Positions 22,050 to 35,714 of a DNA stretch of 64,000 nucleotides are shown piece by piece. The notes beneath the pieces are model-generated. The model was not told the DNA's origin and made no database searches. It worked only from the letters and a program-made list of their open reading frames with translations. Source of the DNA: Iphione sp. A-MEVVRFRX5 (lineage: Eukaryota). The position numbers and the translations under genes were made by a program. Every line of letters begins with the position of its first letter. Position 1 is the stretch's first letter. The stretch is from positions 97,588,001 through 97,652,000 of the forward strand of contig OZ320315.1 in NCBI GenBank assembly GCA_976226885.1. The letters run 5' to 3'.

Positions 22050-22960
22050 GTCTAAATTTAACGCTGTTTGCCCATTGCGTCCACAGTGCGTTTGGTCAAT
22101 GACCATACAGGTATACCAACTTGGAATATACCAGCCTGGAAACAATGTCATAACCTGGTTGTCTTCTTCCCAGCCAACCTTCTTTCCTTCTTTCTTTCAA
22201 GTTTTTGGTGTAGAAAATTAAAAACCCTTAAGCTATCCACATTATTATTTTTTTCGGACCAGCAAGAAGTACTTGTGATCTGCCGCAAGTTCCCTAGGCC
22301 CTTTACTTATGGCAAATCCATCCCTCCTCACCCATGTCATTATTGTCATGGGTGGACACTGTCGATCAAGCTCTAACCGTATATTATCTGCAAATTTAGT
22401 CAACGTGCTAACGTTATCGCCCTTCATTCCATCCTTTAAGTCCCCCAGGTTAGTTTGAATGTCAACTCTGTGTGCTCCCAACCCCTTTCTTGATTACCAC
22501 TAGTAGATGGTCAGCAGGTCCACATCCTTCTACAAACCTACCCAAGTGTCCACAGAAGTCAGCCCAAATATGATCGTTACACTTGTTACCGTTGACCATA
22601 ATTGTTTCGTGCACTAGCTGTCTAAAGCAAGAGCCTGCTAGCAGTTAAGTCACACTGGCACCTCCTCCCTTGTTGTCCCCATAGCTGTAGTTGAAGTCGC
22701 CCATTACGATTTTATCATTCCTTTCTCACTGCCCTAATTGTACTACGACATCCTGTAGAACTTTCATACTGTCCGAAACCTTGTCTGAGGGAGGTCTATA
22801 TACATGTAACATTCAATTGCCATCTCATACTGGCACTAGAGTCTGCCTTGCATTGCTGATTTATTTCCCCCAACAGATTGAAGTCAAAATTACAGTTAAT
22901 AAATATGCCCCCCCTCTTTTGCTCCACCTACCCTATCCTTCCTAACAAACCTGTAACCCT
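22050..22960 (-). pseudogene. LINE APE + linker fragment
   Basis: KRGGGIF, GDFNY, ELDRQCPPMTIMTWVRRDG..DHKYFLLVRKK (related to the E3 linker). Confidence 0.7.
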
Positions 22961-25599
22961 CAATGTGTAGCTATCTGTGACATTCAACCATGTTTCTGAT
23001 ATACAATACCCATGCACACCCTCAGATACGAGACATTCTATCAGCTCCAACATCTGCTCATATTCCTAAGGTTATAATGCATCACTTTGAGCCCTCTCAT
23101 GCTTAGGATATTGATACATCGACGAGTACCAGTTAGGAGTGTCCCCCCAGGACTGATTTGCTTCTCCTCATACACGCTCACCCTCACACCTTTAACCACA
23201 AATCTCACCATTCACATAACGTCACCCTACATTTAATGTTTAAAATTTGTATGCTCTCAAAACGAAATGCACAAATGACAAGAATGAAGTAGTGATATAT
23301 AACAATCATCATCTGTCTAGGATATTGGTCATATATTGCATATATCTTGGATAAATGAGTATAAGTAGCCTTGTCAAAAATACAATCAAGTCCTGCTTAT
23401 CCTTGGCCAACATCCAAACTGGGATATCTAACAAGGTAGCCTGTATGAATAAATGGATATATTTGCCTAACAGAAGTTGCAGTGATAATGAGGCGTATCT
23501 TGAATGTACGGTCCAAAATCATGCATTGGATGGTCTTGGTTAAAGCCTAGAATTTATTGCATGAGTTTCAACACTCTCCTGACCAGCATTTTTGGACACT
23601 ACGTTCATTCATATAACAGTATAACACATTAAAGTATGCAGTACAGAAAATAGTACAAAAACTACATAGCATCCTAGTCATGTTCTCATTCACATAGCAG
23701 ATTAACACAATGGGCTGTTATTTCTGACCATCTAACCATCTCCGGTACATCATGCAGCTTCACATGGGCAATGTTTGTTTGGTGACCTAGTCATATCAAA
23801 GTTCCCACTGGCAAATATTCGTATGAGGATTCTGGAACAAGACACAAATGTTAAACGACATGATAGTTTATGGTATTACCAGGAAGAACTTTCTGATATA
23901 CTCCTGAATGCTCAGTGTATAAGCCCAGTCTGTTTCAGTGAGTGTCTTTTGGGTGATGCCACCATTCTTGAGGTATTCAAAACGTGACATGAACCTTCCT
24001 CCAACACAAGCATTTACAGGGTGATATAAATAGCAGGGTGAGAGACCATACCTCTGCAAAGCCATCAACTCCCTGATGTAGTCATGAATAGGCTGCTGAC
24101 CTGAAAAGAAAAAAAAAATTTTAAGAATGTAATATGGCAATACTGCTGATGTAATTATGATTAAAACTGACTGTATCAGAAATATTATCAAAAGGATTAG
24201 CGATAGTATTGAGTCATAATGTACAGAGAGGCTGGCCTACATAATCATGCTATTTTATAACATAGTGCAAAGTATATGTATTACAGATTCTATTGAATAT
24301 TACAGAAGAACCAGCATACTCATCTTTTGATACACGGCTTGACTCCAATGGAAACTGCATCTGTGTATTGAAATGTCAGGCAGTGAGTGATCCTGGGCAG
24401 CCCAGATTGCCTTCTCAGAATCCACTACCACTTCCTCCACTAGTGGCTGAGAAGGCAGTAATTTCAGGATGGCATCCAAGACTGCACTGTAATCCCCCTT
24501 CTTTAGTCTCGGCTCTCTAACTACTTTAAAAGTGCCATCAATGAACCAGACTTTGGCATTTTGTAGGTGTTTCAGGTGTAACGGTGTTACAAATATCAGG
24601 TGCTGCTGGTTGTCAATAGAAGTGCCTTGCTGGAGGAAGTCATCAGGAATATGAGCCATGTTTATCTTCATTTTCTTCATTGCTCAGTTGACAGCTCACT
24701 GAAAATATTTAACCTTTGGCAGGGGGATCTCATCAGTTGTTTCCAGCTGTTTCAATGTGTCCATGACAAGTTTTTCCTATGAACTGTACAGGTTGGCAAT
24801 ACCTGACTGCTTTGCCTATATAAATATACACATATACAAACATGGCATTAATATATTATAGACTCTACAATAAACTACATACATGAGTACATATATATAT
24901 TTATGCAAGGTTATAAAGTTATGTAAGGTTTTAAATACAGCACAGGAAGTCAATGAAGATACATGATACACAATACAAATGAGAAAAGCAATATTACAAT
25001 GCATCTACATCGATGATCTATGACAACAATACAGTTGAACTAACCTTTGCTTGGGACTGGGTCACCAGGGTGCACATGGTCCTAGGATGAAATCCTCTCC
25101 CTTTTGGTAAACTGATGCCAAGCATTTCCTCCTGCTACAACTGCAGAACCATCTTGTAGCTATACCGGACACACTTTTCTTCCCATAGGTGAACCCTAGG
25201 CTGTCAGTCAACAAGTTGTGACTTCCTTTGGCACCAGCTTTCAGGAAAAAAGACAAAATTTCAAAGTTATAAAACACTGTTTACAAAGACTGTTTTCAGC
25301 ATTAATGGGAGATTTGGTAATATCAAATTACATAAACAAAAACTATGTTCTTATTGATACCAAATCTTGGTAAAAACTTTGTTGCCACTACAATAGGTAA
25401 TTGGTACTGGTGTAGATCATTTAATGAATATTAATCATGGGTACATACATACAACAAATTAATTAAAGATAAATCAGACATAGAGGTTCCTAAAAGTCCA
25501 TAATCTAACAATGATACTGTATATAATTCAAGGATAAAGAAATCAGTATTAAAAAAAGGATTTTCTAATGTTTGCAAAGTACTACAACTGTACCTTTGG

Positions 25600-25800
25600 T
25601 AGCTCCCTAGCCACTTGATCCTGATCTGATCTTTCAAGATCCAGCTCCAATGACCAGTTCCCTGTGTCTGGTGGATGTGCAGGATGATTTTCAACAATCA
25701 CTTCATCTGTCTGATCAAGACCTGATCCTTCAAGATCCAGCTGAAATGACCAGTTCCCTATGTCTGGTCTACGTGCAGGATGATTTTCAACAATTAATTC
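25600..25800 (-). repeat. ~100-bp coding tandem duplication (ENHPAxxPDxGNWSxxL), third copy at about 27125-27200
   Basis: VENHPARRPDIGNWSFQL / VENHPAHPPDTGNWSLEL / IENHVAPLPDPGNWSLRL. Confidence 0.8.
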
Positions 25801-26067
25801 ATCAGTCACATAATTCTCTAGAGGGTTAACCACCTGAACCAAAAACTATGAGATTGCTTGAACGATATGTTCAATTCAATAAAATTCATACAACATATAG
25901 TGAATTAGATCAATGAATAAGAGTATAAGAGAACAAAATATAAAGATATGCATTATACAAGGACTGAGGAAGTACAAGATATAAACGTAAACAGAGATAA
26001 ACTTACCAGCTTAACTTAACAGCTTAACTGTTAGCTTCTCAAACAGATTAGGTCAAGGTGAGGTAAA

Positions 26068-26880
26068 TCAGAAGTCAGAAGTCAGAATTTTTATTCACAT
26101 CTGGTGATAAATTCATCTCCAGGTCTCCCAGTAAATGGAATAAAAGTGCAAGCACAGCATTTATGGTGGTTGATCTACTATAACATTCCTTCCTATATTT
26201 GTCTTTAATGCAGACATCCAATTAAGCTCTTTTGCCATCAGTGGCAAGCTATTTTACAAGGTCACACCTCTCTAATAGAATGATGTCCTCATTTATTTGG
26301 ACCTAGGCTTTGGGACTTCATCCAGTAAGACTCTCCTTGTTTTCCCAGTTGACTTTATGGGGATCAGGTTCAGCTGAATTAGTCTATGATATAAGCACAG
26401 CAACTGATTCAAGCCCATCTCAGTCTGTTCTGGGATGGACCCGGCCTTTTTCAAACGAGTCATAGACATCATTCCATTTGCCATGTGCTTCAAGCAGGAG
26501 CTGAACTCTAGCTGCAATGTCAGCATCACCATTTTAGAAGCTGATTGGATAAGGGGTAGCCCATAGGTAAAAATGGGCATGACAAAGGATTTGAATAGCC
26601 TTATACAATCTTTAAATGACAGAATTTTCTCACCTTTTAGAGATAGTATGCTCGAAGTCTCACCTGTTTGCACATGGATTGCACCATCGGATTCCATGAC
26701 AAATTTTGTATCAATAGTATAACCTAAGAGTTTGCACTGAGATACTCTCTGCAGTGTCTTATCTTCCATTCAGAGATCAAGTTCAAAATTCCTGCTGGGG
26801 CCAAATGTTATAAACACTGTTTCCCAAGTCCATGTCATGATATCCCGGATACCTCATTGTATCTTCAATTGGAGGGCCAT
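26068..26880 (-). mobile_element. 5'-truncated LINE (RT C-terminus)
   Basis: CIRLFKSFVMPIFTYG; hairpin 26101-26122; AATAAA; (CTTCTGA)n tail 26068-26087. Confidence 0.8.
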
Positions 26881-29800
26881 TACATACATGCTGTCATTAC
26901 TAATGTCACATCATCAGCACAGATGTTGGCTATATTTAGTGCAAAGCTGCCCAAAGATCGTTTAACAGGATATCAAACAACATCAACCCCAGCAGGCCAC
27001 CTTGGTGAACACCATTTGCAAGTGGTAAACATGTAGAATAATACAATACACTCTGTAAACGTAGCAATAATCAATAGTCAACCTCAACATCTACACCAGA
27101 CTTGCATCCTGCCATGCATGGTATCCTTAGTGATTGATAGCCGAAGTGACCAGTTTCCTGGGTCCGGTAAAGGTGCAACATGATTTTCAATAACCTCATT
27201 AGCCACAACATCTGCTGGGACATGGTGTTAGCAGCTGTCCAAAACGTGGAATGAAACACATAAAAACAGAATCCTACAAGAATTTAACAAAATATTTTTG
27301 GGTTTATTGTTCCAAACATGCAGATATATGCTGGTTAAGCTTTCAGACCTTCCTTTCCTTCATCAGACATGAAGTCATAAAAGAATTGCTTCAGAAATTC
27401 TCCTTGTAGAACTCATACCTTGCTGAGTGCCAATAATCTATCTACTATTCATATTATAAATATGAGTATGTGACAAGAATATACTACTCATAATAATAAG
27501 TGAGGTAAAAGATATATTGAAACATATAAAATGAAAGAATTTAAACTATAAAAACAAAAATCTGTATAGCTTCACTTGATCCATCCAATCCTGCGATCTC
27601 TGCTACCTAAATAATGCTGCTGTGTCCAATCAAACTAAAATGGCACAGCTAGTTGAAAGTGTCCAGCTTCATTTGTTTTCTGTATTCTTTCTGGCTGATG
27701 CTAGTCTTACAGGTACAGTGCTGCCCCTACTCACATGAATCCCAGTAAAGTCCCTCTTGCCTGGCCCACACAGCCTTCCCACAGAAGACACATGGAGCCT
27801 TTCATGTTTCCTACGAGATAAATTCATGGAGTATTGATAAACCTGCCCCTATCCTGACTGATACATGTACACCAGATTCAGATTCAGATTGCTTATTAGC
27901 AACAAAGTCACCGCGGATGGAGTTTTCCATATGTTACCAGTCTTAAGTCTAACAATCAGATGTATATATGGTCTATACATCGCTACAAAACTCATATCTT
28001 TCTTTTAATAACCATTTAATACTGCTTTCTTTCCATCTTCTGTATGCATAACGGTAGAGCATTCCATACCTTATCCTGCACTTAATTGACATGATTCTTT
28101 CTAAAAACACCACTTCCTCATCTCCCTTGCACTACTATTGTTAGACAAGAACAGCTTATGAACCACATTATTAAAGCATCTCTACAGTTTCCCTATAACA
28201 AAATTTGACACATTTCCAAGAAAACAGGCTTCTATATTTAAATATGGGATAATGAATGCATTCAATAGTATCATTTTACAATGATCATTTAGGAAGGGTC
28301 TCACTCTGCTAATCAAGTACGATTTAGATTTTATTTTCTTTATTTTGTCATGGAGAAATGCTTCGAATCTCATCGAATCTCCAACTTAACACCCATCAAC
28401 CATAGGTCCAAATCATAACTACTAGCCTTTCCGAATTACGGACCATATCATTATTATCGCACCATGCAGATATTTGCCCCAGTGGGTATCTCGTTTTTCA
28501 AGATAATGACAAGGCATTTGCTCCCCACACGTACAAAGTCATGTCATTAGCATACAGAATCAATTTCCCCATTGTCGATGATAACACAATATCTTTTATT
28601 AATATCGGAAATAACCAAGGGCCTAGGATAGGCCCCTGGGGTACTCCTACCTGCACAGGTTTGTTTGAAGAGTAACGACCATTACACCGTGTTCTCTGTA
28701 CTCTTCCCACAAGATAAGATTTGAACCACAAAAAAACTTGACCTGAATAACCATAAAATTTTTTCCAACACTAATGCATGATTCACCAAATCGAAAGCTT
28801 TGGATAGGTCTAGAAATTTCACAGTGCAGTACCTTAACCAAATACTCATAGACATCTTTTAATAATGATGCACATGCTAATGAACACCCCCTCCCGGCCC
28901 TAAACCCGAATTGAGAGTTTATGATATTCCTTCTCCCTGCATACATGTTCACCTGCTCAAAGACAACCCTCTCAATAATTTTTCTAGGAACTGCCAAAAG
29001 GGAAACAGGATGTGATTTCCTTTGTCATGTTGACTTCCTTTTTTATGAATTGGCATGATTGTGGCCTCATTCCAACTATTAAAAAATATACCCTCCACTA
29101 ACAATTTATTTATAATATGTATCCCTTCTATCCCTGTGGGTTTCTTTAATTTTAGCTGATCTATTAGACGCAGGACTGCCTTCATGTCCACTCTTTCAAA
29201 CCATGTCATGCAATCATGTTCCATCCTCATTTCTTTTTGTTGATCCAATTGCACATGCATACAGTTTTTCCACTGAATCAACAAAGTAATTGTTTAATAG
29301 ATCAGCAGAATTTTCATCTGGAACATCAGGGTTACCTTCTCTTAAGCTTATAGGGATATTCACCCTTTCATTACCTGGAACTTCTCTATTTAATATTTTC
29401 CACAGAGTTTTGGAGTCACCACTGCTTTCCCTTATCTCCGATCTAATCTTTTGTCTTTGTGCTCTCCTTATTGCATAATTAACCATTTTCCTATAGAACT
29501 TAAAAACTCTTCATCCTCCATTTTTCGGAATGTTTTAACAAAAAAGTCCCTTTCTCTTTGCAAGGCTAATATCTCCTCATTAAAACAAAACCCTCTGCCT
29601 TTGCTTACTATTTTAGGCCTCAGCTGTGTGATTACATCTAATGCCTCTCTCAAGTTGTTTATAAAAGTATCCCATAGGCTTTCTAAGGTTGTACTACTAT
29701 CGCACTCCCATTTCCGACTGTCTACTCTGAAGAATTGCCTAATTTCGAAAATCCCTTACGTGCACTCTCTCTGACTACGTCTTTTCCTTTTTCTTCTTTA

Positions 29801-29912
29801 GGTCGAAGTAGACAGGAAAATGATCACTAATCCCTATGGAACATATCCCACTACTAAAGATATTGTCACTATTTGTGTAAATATGATCCAAACACGACTT
29901 ACCCTGATAGGT

Positions 29913-32900
29913 AATGAATGAATGAATGAATGAATTTTATTAGTCAAATCTTTGTCCTATTACAAAGTTCTCCTTGACCAATCATGTGAACGACAGATAG
30001 ACAACTCACAACATATATGGAACACTTACACTAGTAATCATTACACAACATTCAGATACACAAGACGACACAGGACATTACACATCGTGGATATATGTAT
30101 AGGTTTCAATCCCAATCGTGCGGTCCCTATTGTGGCCACAATGCTCGCTGTCAGTGTATGTCTGAACCACTTTAATCTAGAAGAATGGTAATGTTGAACT
30201 TGCTGTCCAGCCCTTTTAGATTTACCAGGAAATATGATAGTTACCCCATTCAATATTCATCTAAATGTCCCCCCTTACATTTGCCCGTATCTGCCCGTCT
30301 GTATCCCTCGTTATTATGACCCAGATGCAAGCCCCCCGCCTTATGTCTTTCCCCAATTGCTAGTTCACCCAGCTGCACTGCTATGTCCCTGTGGATGACC
30401 TTACCTCCCGCTCTTCCCCCATATAAATAAACCTATTGTAGCATTACCACCCATACCACCCATACTGACTTATATAGCCGTGTAATCCCTGTGCCTGATC
30501 CCATTTTGAGTCCAATCGAGATGTCCTTTACATTGTGGTTTCCCTTTAAGGGCCCCCTACTGCAGTTTGGCTACTCTGTCAATCTGTAGTCAGCTGATGC
30601 AAATTTTTGGACCATCCTTGTCCTAGCCGAGGTTGTAGCTTCTTTCTTTCTTTTGCTTCTGACGGCAAGCGATTCCATGCGACAACCGCCCCATACCGTA
30701 TGCTGTTCACAAACTTCTTACTCTTGGGCTTAGGGACTTTAATTCGCATAGTTGAACCGCCCCTAGTGTGTGACCTCTCTGCCATCGGTAGTATGCCAAG
30801 GTGAACTAGCCTGTGTACCACCTTGAGTGCCCTTGTCTCAATCTTATCCGACACCCGTTCAATGTTGAACGTTGCACACAGTTGTTTGGCCATTAATAGC
30901 CTCCCTCGCAGCACACCTACTCGCAGGCAATGGTTTAAGTGAATTTGCAGATTGGTCTTGCTTGTCTCCGGTAAGCAGTAGAGGAATGCAGCTCCATAGT
31001 CCAGGTGCAGCAACACAAGGGCCTTGAAGAGATGCACCCAAATTGTTAATGGTAGCAGTGCCTTTACCCGGCCGAGCTTTACGGCCGCAACCCACATCTT
31101 AGATTTGATGTCCTTTAACATCTCCCGCTGGATTAGTCTGTCGTCCACCACATAGCCCAATAGCCTGATCTTTCTTTCCATCTTCAGTTCTGCTGTGTAT
31201 ATTTGCAGATCCAATTGCGTCGAGGCAGCTTTGCCGAGCACCATATAGTTACACTTTCCTTCGCTCAGCATCAGACTATTTTCCTCGCACCAATTTGTTA
31301 CACAGGTGATGACATGCTGTGCATTTCCGCGCAACCGAAGTAGATCTCCTGCAGTGACCACTACTGAGAGGTCGTCCGCATAAAGCGTGGCATGGGCGTA
31401 AGGGGGTAGGCTGTGTGTCACGTCATCTATGATGATCGAGAACGCGCTGGGTCCAAAAATCGACCCTTGTGGCACTCCATGACGGACTTCTCTTAGGTCT
31501 GAGTCATGGCCTCCGCTTCTGACAAATTGTCTGTGATTATTAAAGTACCCAGCGATTAACTTAAAGATCTTCAGACTGGCACCAGCTCTCGACAAACGTT
31601 TAAGTACACCAGCAGATGGCACTAGATTGAACGCTTTTCGAAGGTTGAATGTTAAGAGACAACAAAAGAGACCCATATTCAGCGCCTCTTGTGCCCGATT
31701 GTTGACGCAACTGAGTGCCGTCTCTGTGCTTCTCCCCTGTCTGAATCCTTGTTGGTCTTGGCCTACTTGGTTCTGTTCCTCTAGTCACTGCATTATTCTC
31801 TTAATGAACCAGCCCTCAAACACCTTGCCCGGTAAAGGCAGTATTGAGACCGGTCGGTAGTTCGATAGCAAATTTCGGTCTCCCTTCTTGTATATGGGTG
31901 TAACCCGGGCGACCTTCCAACTTTCCGGGTATCTCCCAGAGTTGATTATGTTGCACAGAAGCGTCGTGAAGAACTCCAGGCATGCCAGCAGAAGGGGTCT
32001 CAGGACGCGAGTCGGTATCCCCTCCACGCCCGATGATTTCTTTAATGCCTGCTTCGCTATTAGAAGGCCGATTTCCGTTGGCGTCGGAGGGTCCAGGTCG
32101 AACTTGACCATGTGACGCGAGCTCGAATGTCCCGTTGTCACTGGCTTTGCCAGACGTTCCACCTCATCTATGAAGTAGTTGTTGAAACGGGTTGCCATCG
32201 TGGCGCCATCCCTGTCGGCTGCCCCCTCCTCAGATAGTGTCTCCAGAGAGGGCAGGATCATCTCGCCTCTCTGTCTGCCCATCATCTCATTTGTGACCTC
32301 CCACAGCTTCGCCGAGTCGCGTCCTGCAGCTCTCAGTCTTCCATGCCAGTACTCCTTCTTTATCGCAGACATGGATTTGCGCACCTCATTGTTCAAATAT
32401 TTTAAAATCCTCTTTGCATCCTCATCGCCGGTCTTCTTCCAGCGTCTGAAGAAGTAGCGTCTGTCCTTGATCAGTTCTCGTGTTCCATGGTCCAATTCCA
32501 GGCCGTCATCACGTTTTGCAGAGCATCTCGTAACCATAGGACAGACTTCTTCCAAAATACTCTTCACTCATGCAGCGAAGATGTCCCATGCTTCGCCTGG
32601 CTCCTTTCGAGTCCGGTAGACCATCATCCATCAATCTCTGGTACAGGTTGGCCACATCCACTCTATCCCAGCATCTGGTTTTGTAGGTGGTCCTGTGAAT
32701 ATTGCGGTGTCCTTTCTTGATATGCACTACAATAGGTAGGTGATCACTCATGAAGTTTTCTGGGTAATACACCTTCTCAACTCCAGCAAAGTTTACCCAG
32801 CAGTGGTCCAGGCATCTTGCTGTGTTCACCATTGTTGCAGAGTCCACCACCTGTACCAGTCCCTTACCGCTTAGCAGTTCTGTCATCGCCCTGCCCCCTC

Positions 32901-33452
32901 TCTCACAGCTCAGGTAGTCGTAGTTGAAGTCTCCTGCTATCACTAGATCACTTCTGCCATTGTTAACCTCCTTGTGTATAGCATCTTGCAGGGCAGCCAC
33001 TGAATCCTTAACCTTGTCATGGGGAGGGTGATATACTGCAACTATCATAAACGGTCGCCTTTGTCCTGCTTTTAGTTTCACCTTTAAGACTTCACAGATG
33101 CTGTTCTTGTGGCCTCTGTTTTCAACAGAAATCACATTGATATCACTTTTCACATACAACCCCAGCCCCCCTCCCCTTTTCCCCCCTTCTACCTCCCTGT
33201 CCTGTCTGATGAAAGTATAGCCAGGTATTGTTATTTCCCCATCCCCATGAGTGGCATTCAGCCAGGTTTCTGATATCACTCCCACATCTATGTTTTCTTC
33301 TCTTAGCAGACTCCTAAGATCCCCTACCTTTTTTCCCAAACTTCGAATATTGTACGCAAGAACTCTGAAACCCCCCATAGTGTCCCAATCGTACAGTTAA
33401 GTAAACGATGTACCTGTGTATGACTGAGGGAATCATAACCAGCACATCGTAT
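29913..33452 (-). mobile_element. Element B: LINE truncated just upstream of APE-RT, inserted in E4
   Basis: APE 32509-33378 (YNIRS, SETW, GDFN, SDH), linker 31785-32567, RT 30579-31676 (PQGS, YADD); hairpin CTTTGT/ACAAAG 29950-29967; AATAAA; (ATTC)n tail; GGT duplicated at 29910-29912 and 33453-33455; E3 family. Confidence 0.92.
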
Positions 33453-34039
33453 GGTGAATAAAGTAATACCATCTATAATCTGCATCAAACCTACTTCCTG
33501 ACTGAGCTGTTGACATCTTTTTGTGTGACATACTTCTTAACAAGTCCACATTCATATTGCGATAATACTACACAGCTTATCTCCTATAGATAGCAATTAA
33601 GTGATGTTTTTTTCCCTTTTTCCCGTCTTACAAGTAAATGAAAATACGTGTCTTAACTCTGTAGGTGAAGCTTGATCATTTATAATGTTAACATCTAATC
33701 CTCACTTATAGTATACCACAATCCCTCCACCTATGTGAAGTCCTTACTCGTAATAGGTATGATCTTGTCTAGCTAGGAGGTATCCATCTTTATGGATAAC
33801 CGATGATGGAATTTTCTCTCCTGACCATGTTTACGTCACCACTAGCACATCAATATTTTTGCTATTCAAATAAAACTCTACTTATCACAGCTTTCCTAAG
33901 AGACTATGCACATTCCATGTGCAAATCCTAAATATTGTCATCCAACCTCAGTTGTGTCCCAAGTGTTGGAGCAATATACCCCCATCCAACCCCCACTTAC
34001 ATGTGTTCCCTCATAGGTCAAGCATCACTGCCGGGGCGA

Positions 34040-34371
34040 TCTGAACACTGTATACTCAATTGTCTACAACAAATGGGCTTGGATGAACCCCGTCAAGCAG
34101 GTAGCTGTATTGAGACCTGTACCTCTTCTTGTCCTTCCTATAGACTGTTCATTCATCAGGCATACCGAATCGTACTCGAATTTTTTAAAACAACTATATA
34201 TAAAAGACACCAACCTTCACCACACAGCTCCAAGAATTTCGGCAGGGCAGATAATAACACAGCGATGGTTCAACATTGAATTCCACCCCATCCTTTTAAT
34301 ACACCCTCATAACAAGATTTGTGGATATAGCGTCAGACCACTGAACGCTTCTGGAAAGAAACAAGTGACAT
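34040..34371 (-). pseudogene. internally deleted SGNH ORF of E4
   Basis: ATG 6 nt after the ORF1 stop; CVIICPAEILG; TVYRKDKKRYRSQYSYLLDGVHPSP (block V). Confidence 0.7.
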
Positions 34372-34377
34372 GTATTA

Positions 34378-35664
34378 CTAACTCGACAATTCACTACGAA
34401 TCTCCATCAGCGCCTTGCCCGCCAAATTTTTACCGGCCCATGTTTTTTCTCCTATTTTTTTTCCGAAAGATTACAACCAGTGGCCAGGACTGGGTCCATC
34501 CCAGCCACAAGTATGTCCATGTCTCCAGTCACCTCAAGTCCATGCTTGAAGGAATTACTCACTTTTAACTTCGGAGACCCTCTTTCAATACTTCAACTTG
34601 CATGCGTTACCAGTCGGTGCTATCCCTGATAGATTGAGCCAGCTGAATAACGCAGTCTGTGTCCTCCTCCAAAATAATGCGTTCACATAGATCCACCTTG
34701 CAATGAAGAAGGGCTCGTTCTGCAGCCATGCAATGGTTGATTGACTGCTCAAGTTCTATTGGTGCAGAATTTGACAGAGCAGTGTACTTACCCCCAACTA
34801 CAGTCGCAGTGTCCATTTTACGTAAGCAGGTGTCCTCTTGGGTCAAACCACTAGCACATTCATCCTGCTCCAAGTATTCTCCCCCTCCACCTCATTTAAG
34901 CCTTGAACTATCATGTTAGATGAATGCCTATCCATCTGTGAATCGACCACCTTACAGATCATCATTTGCATCTACCGACTCTCGCATCTTACCCTCAAGC
35001 ACATGCATTTTTGTATCCACTGCATCCGCTACCTTCTCTTCAATTGAGCTCTCCACCTCAGCTAATCTCTCTGATAGTTTATCAAGTTTCCCAATTAGGG
35101 AGGCAGTGTTGTTCACAAACTTCAGCTACTGAATTATCAAGTTGGGGAAACGTGAAATTATAGCCTTATTTGATACCAGCTCACCCTTGATTTCATTGCT
35201 TCATTTATGCCAGACCATTCTGAAATATGGGGAGAAGTGCCCAATTTGGGAGAACAAACCACAGTCTCGAGTTGAATCAAGTCACTGCTAATTAGGTCCT
35301 GTTTATTCGACTCATCTGTATCCCCAAGGGGCACTGGTACTGCTCTTGATGCAGGTGGGTACATACCTGGGTAATCAGATTCAATTGTAACCGTTGCCAT
35401 ATCAGTGTTATTAATAGAGACAGGGGAAGGTATACTATGCACTGGCGGTGATCCGACCGGGGCGATATTAGAGTTAACACTAGCGCCTGCCTGACTGGTG
35501 CTGCATGATTCCGTAATTTCTTCCTCCTGAGGTTGATTCCTCTGTGGATTTGCCCTTCCACGAGTATCTGGGGCATTGTCAGATCGATTTGCTAGCTTAG
35601 CTGCCGCCTTCCTCGATTTTGGGGGCACCATGTTTCGATTATTTCTTCTTTTTCGATGCTCCAC
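34378..35664 (-). pseudogene. ORF1 of E4: disordered N-terminus, coiled coil, NADAR (about 34800-34378)
   Basis: ALSNSAP..HCMAAERALLH..RIILEEDTD..DW..VLKEGLR..LEVTGDMDILVAGMDPVLATG..WAGKNLAGKALMEIRSELSS-stop (across frameshifts). Confidence 0.82.
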
Positions 35665-35714
35665 TCACAAACACGTCCGCTCAGCACGACATCATGTCCA
35701 GATAGTATATATAT

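Larger units (their letters stand above)
23868..27260 (-). mobile_element. Mutator-like (FLYWCH + MULE DDE) transposase remnant, spliced, interrupted by a LINE
   Basis: WFIDGTFKVV..VVVDSEKAIWAA..IHRCSFHWSQAVYQK (24300-24680); LLTDSLGFTYGKK..RWFCS..CLASVYQ (25062-25277); DYIRELMAL (24100); repeated N-terminal motif. Confidence 0.85.
27873..35700 (-). mobile_element. Element E4: decayed three-ORF LINE (ORF1-NADAR / SGNH / APE-RT) with element B nested in its APE
   Basis: ORF1 pieces 35664-34378; SGNH 34371-34040; APE N-part 33960-33453 rejoins APE C-part at 29912 (GITLFT|YQGKSCLDHIYTN); RT pieces 28182-29653; (TCTGAA)n tail 27873-27890. Confidence 0.82.

Noticed and set aside
23340-23640. Possible eighth SGNH remnant upstream of the 22-kb APE
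   Set aside because: Only a weak ILGFNQDH..PYI resemblance; no catalytic block recoverable
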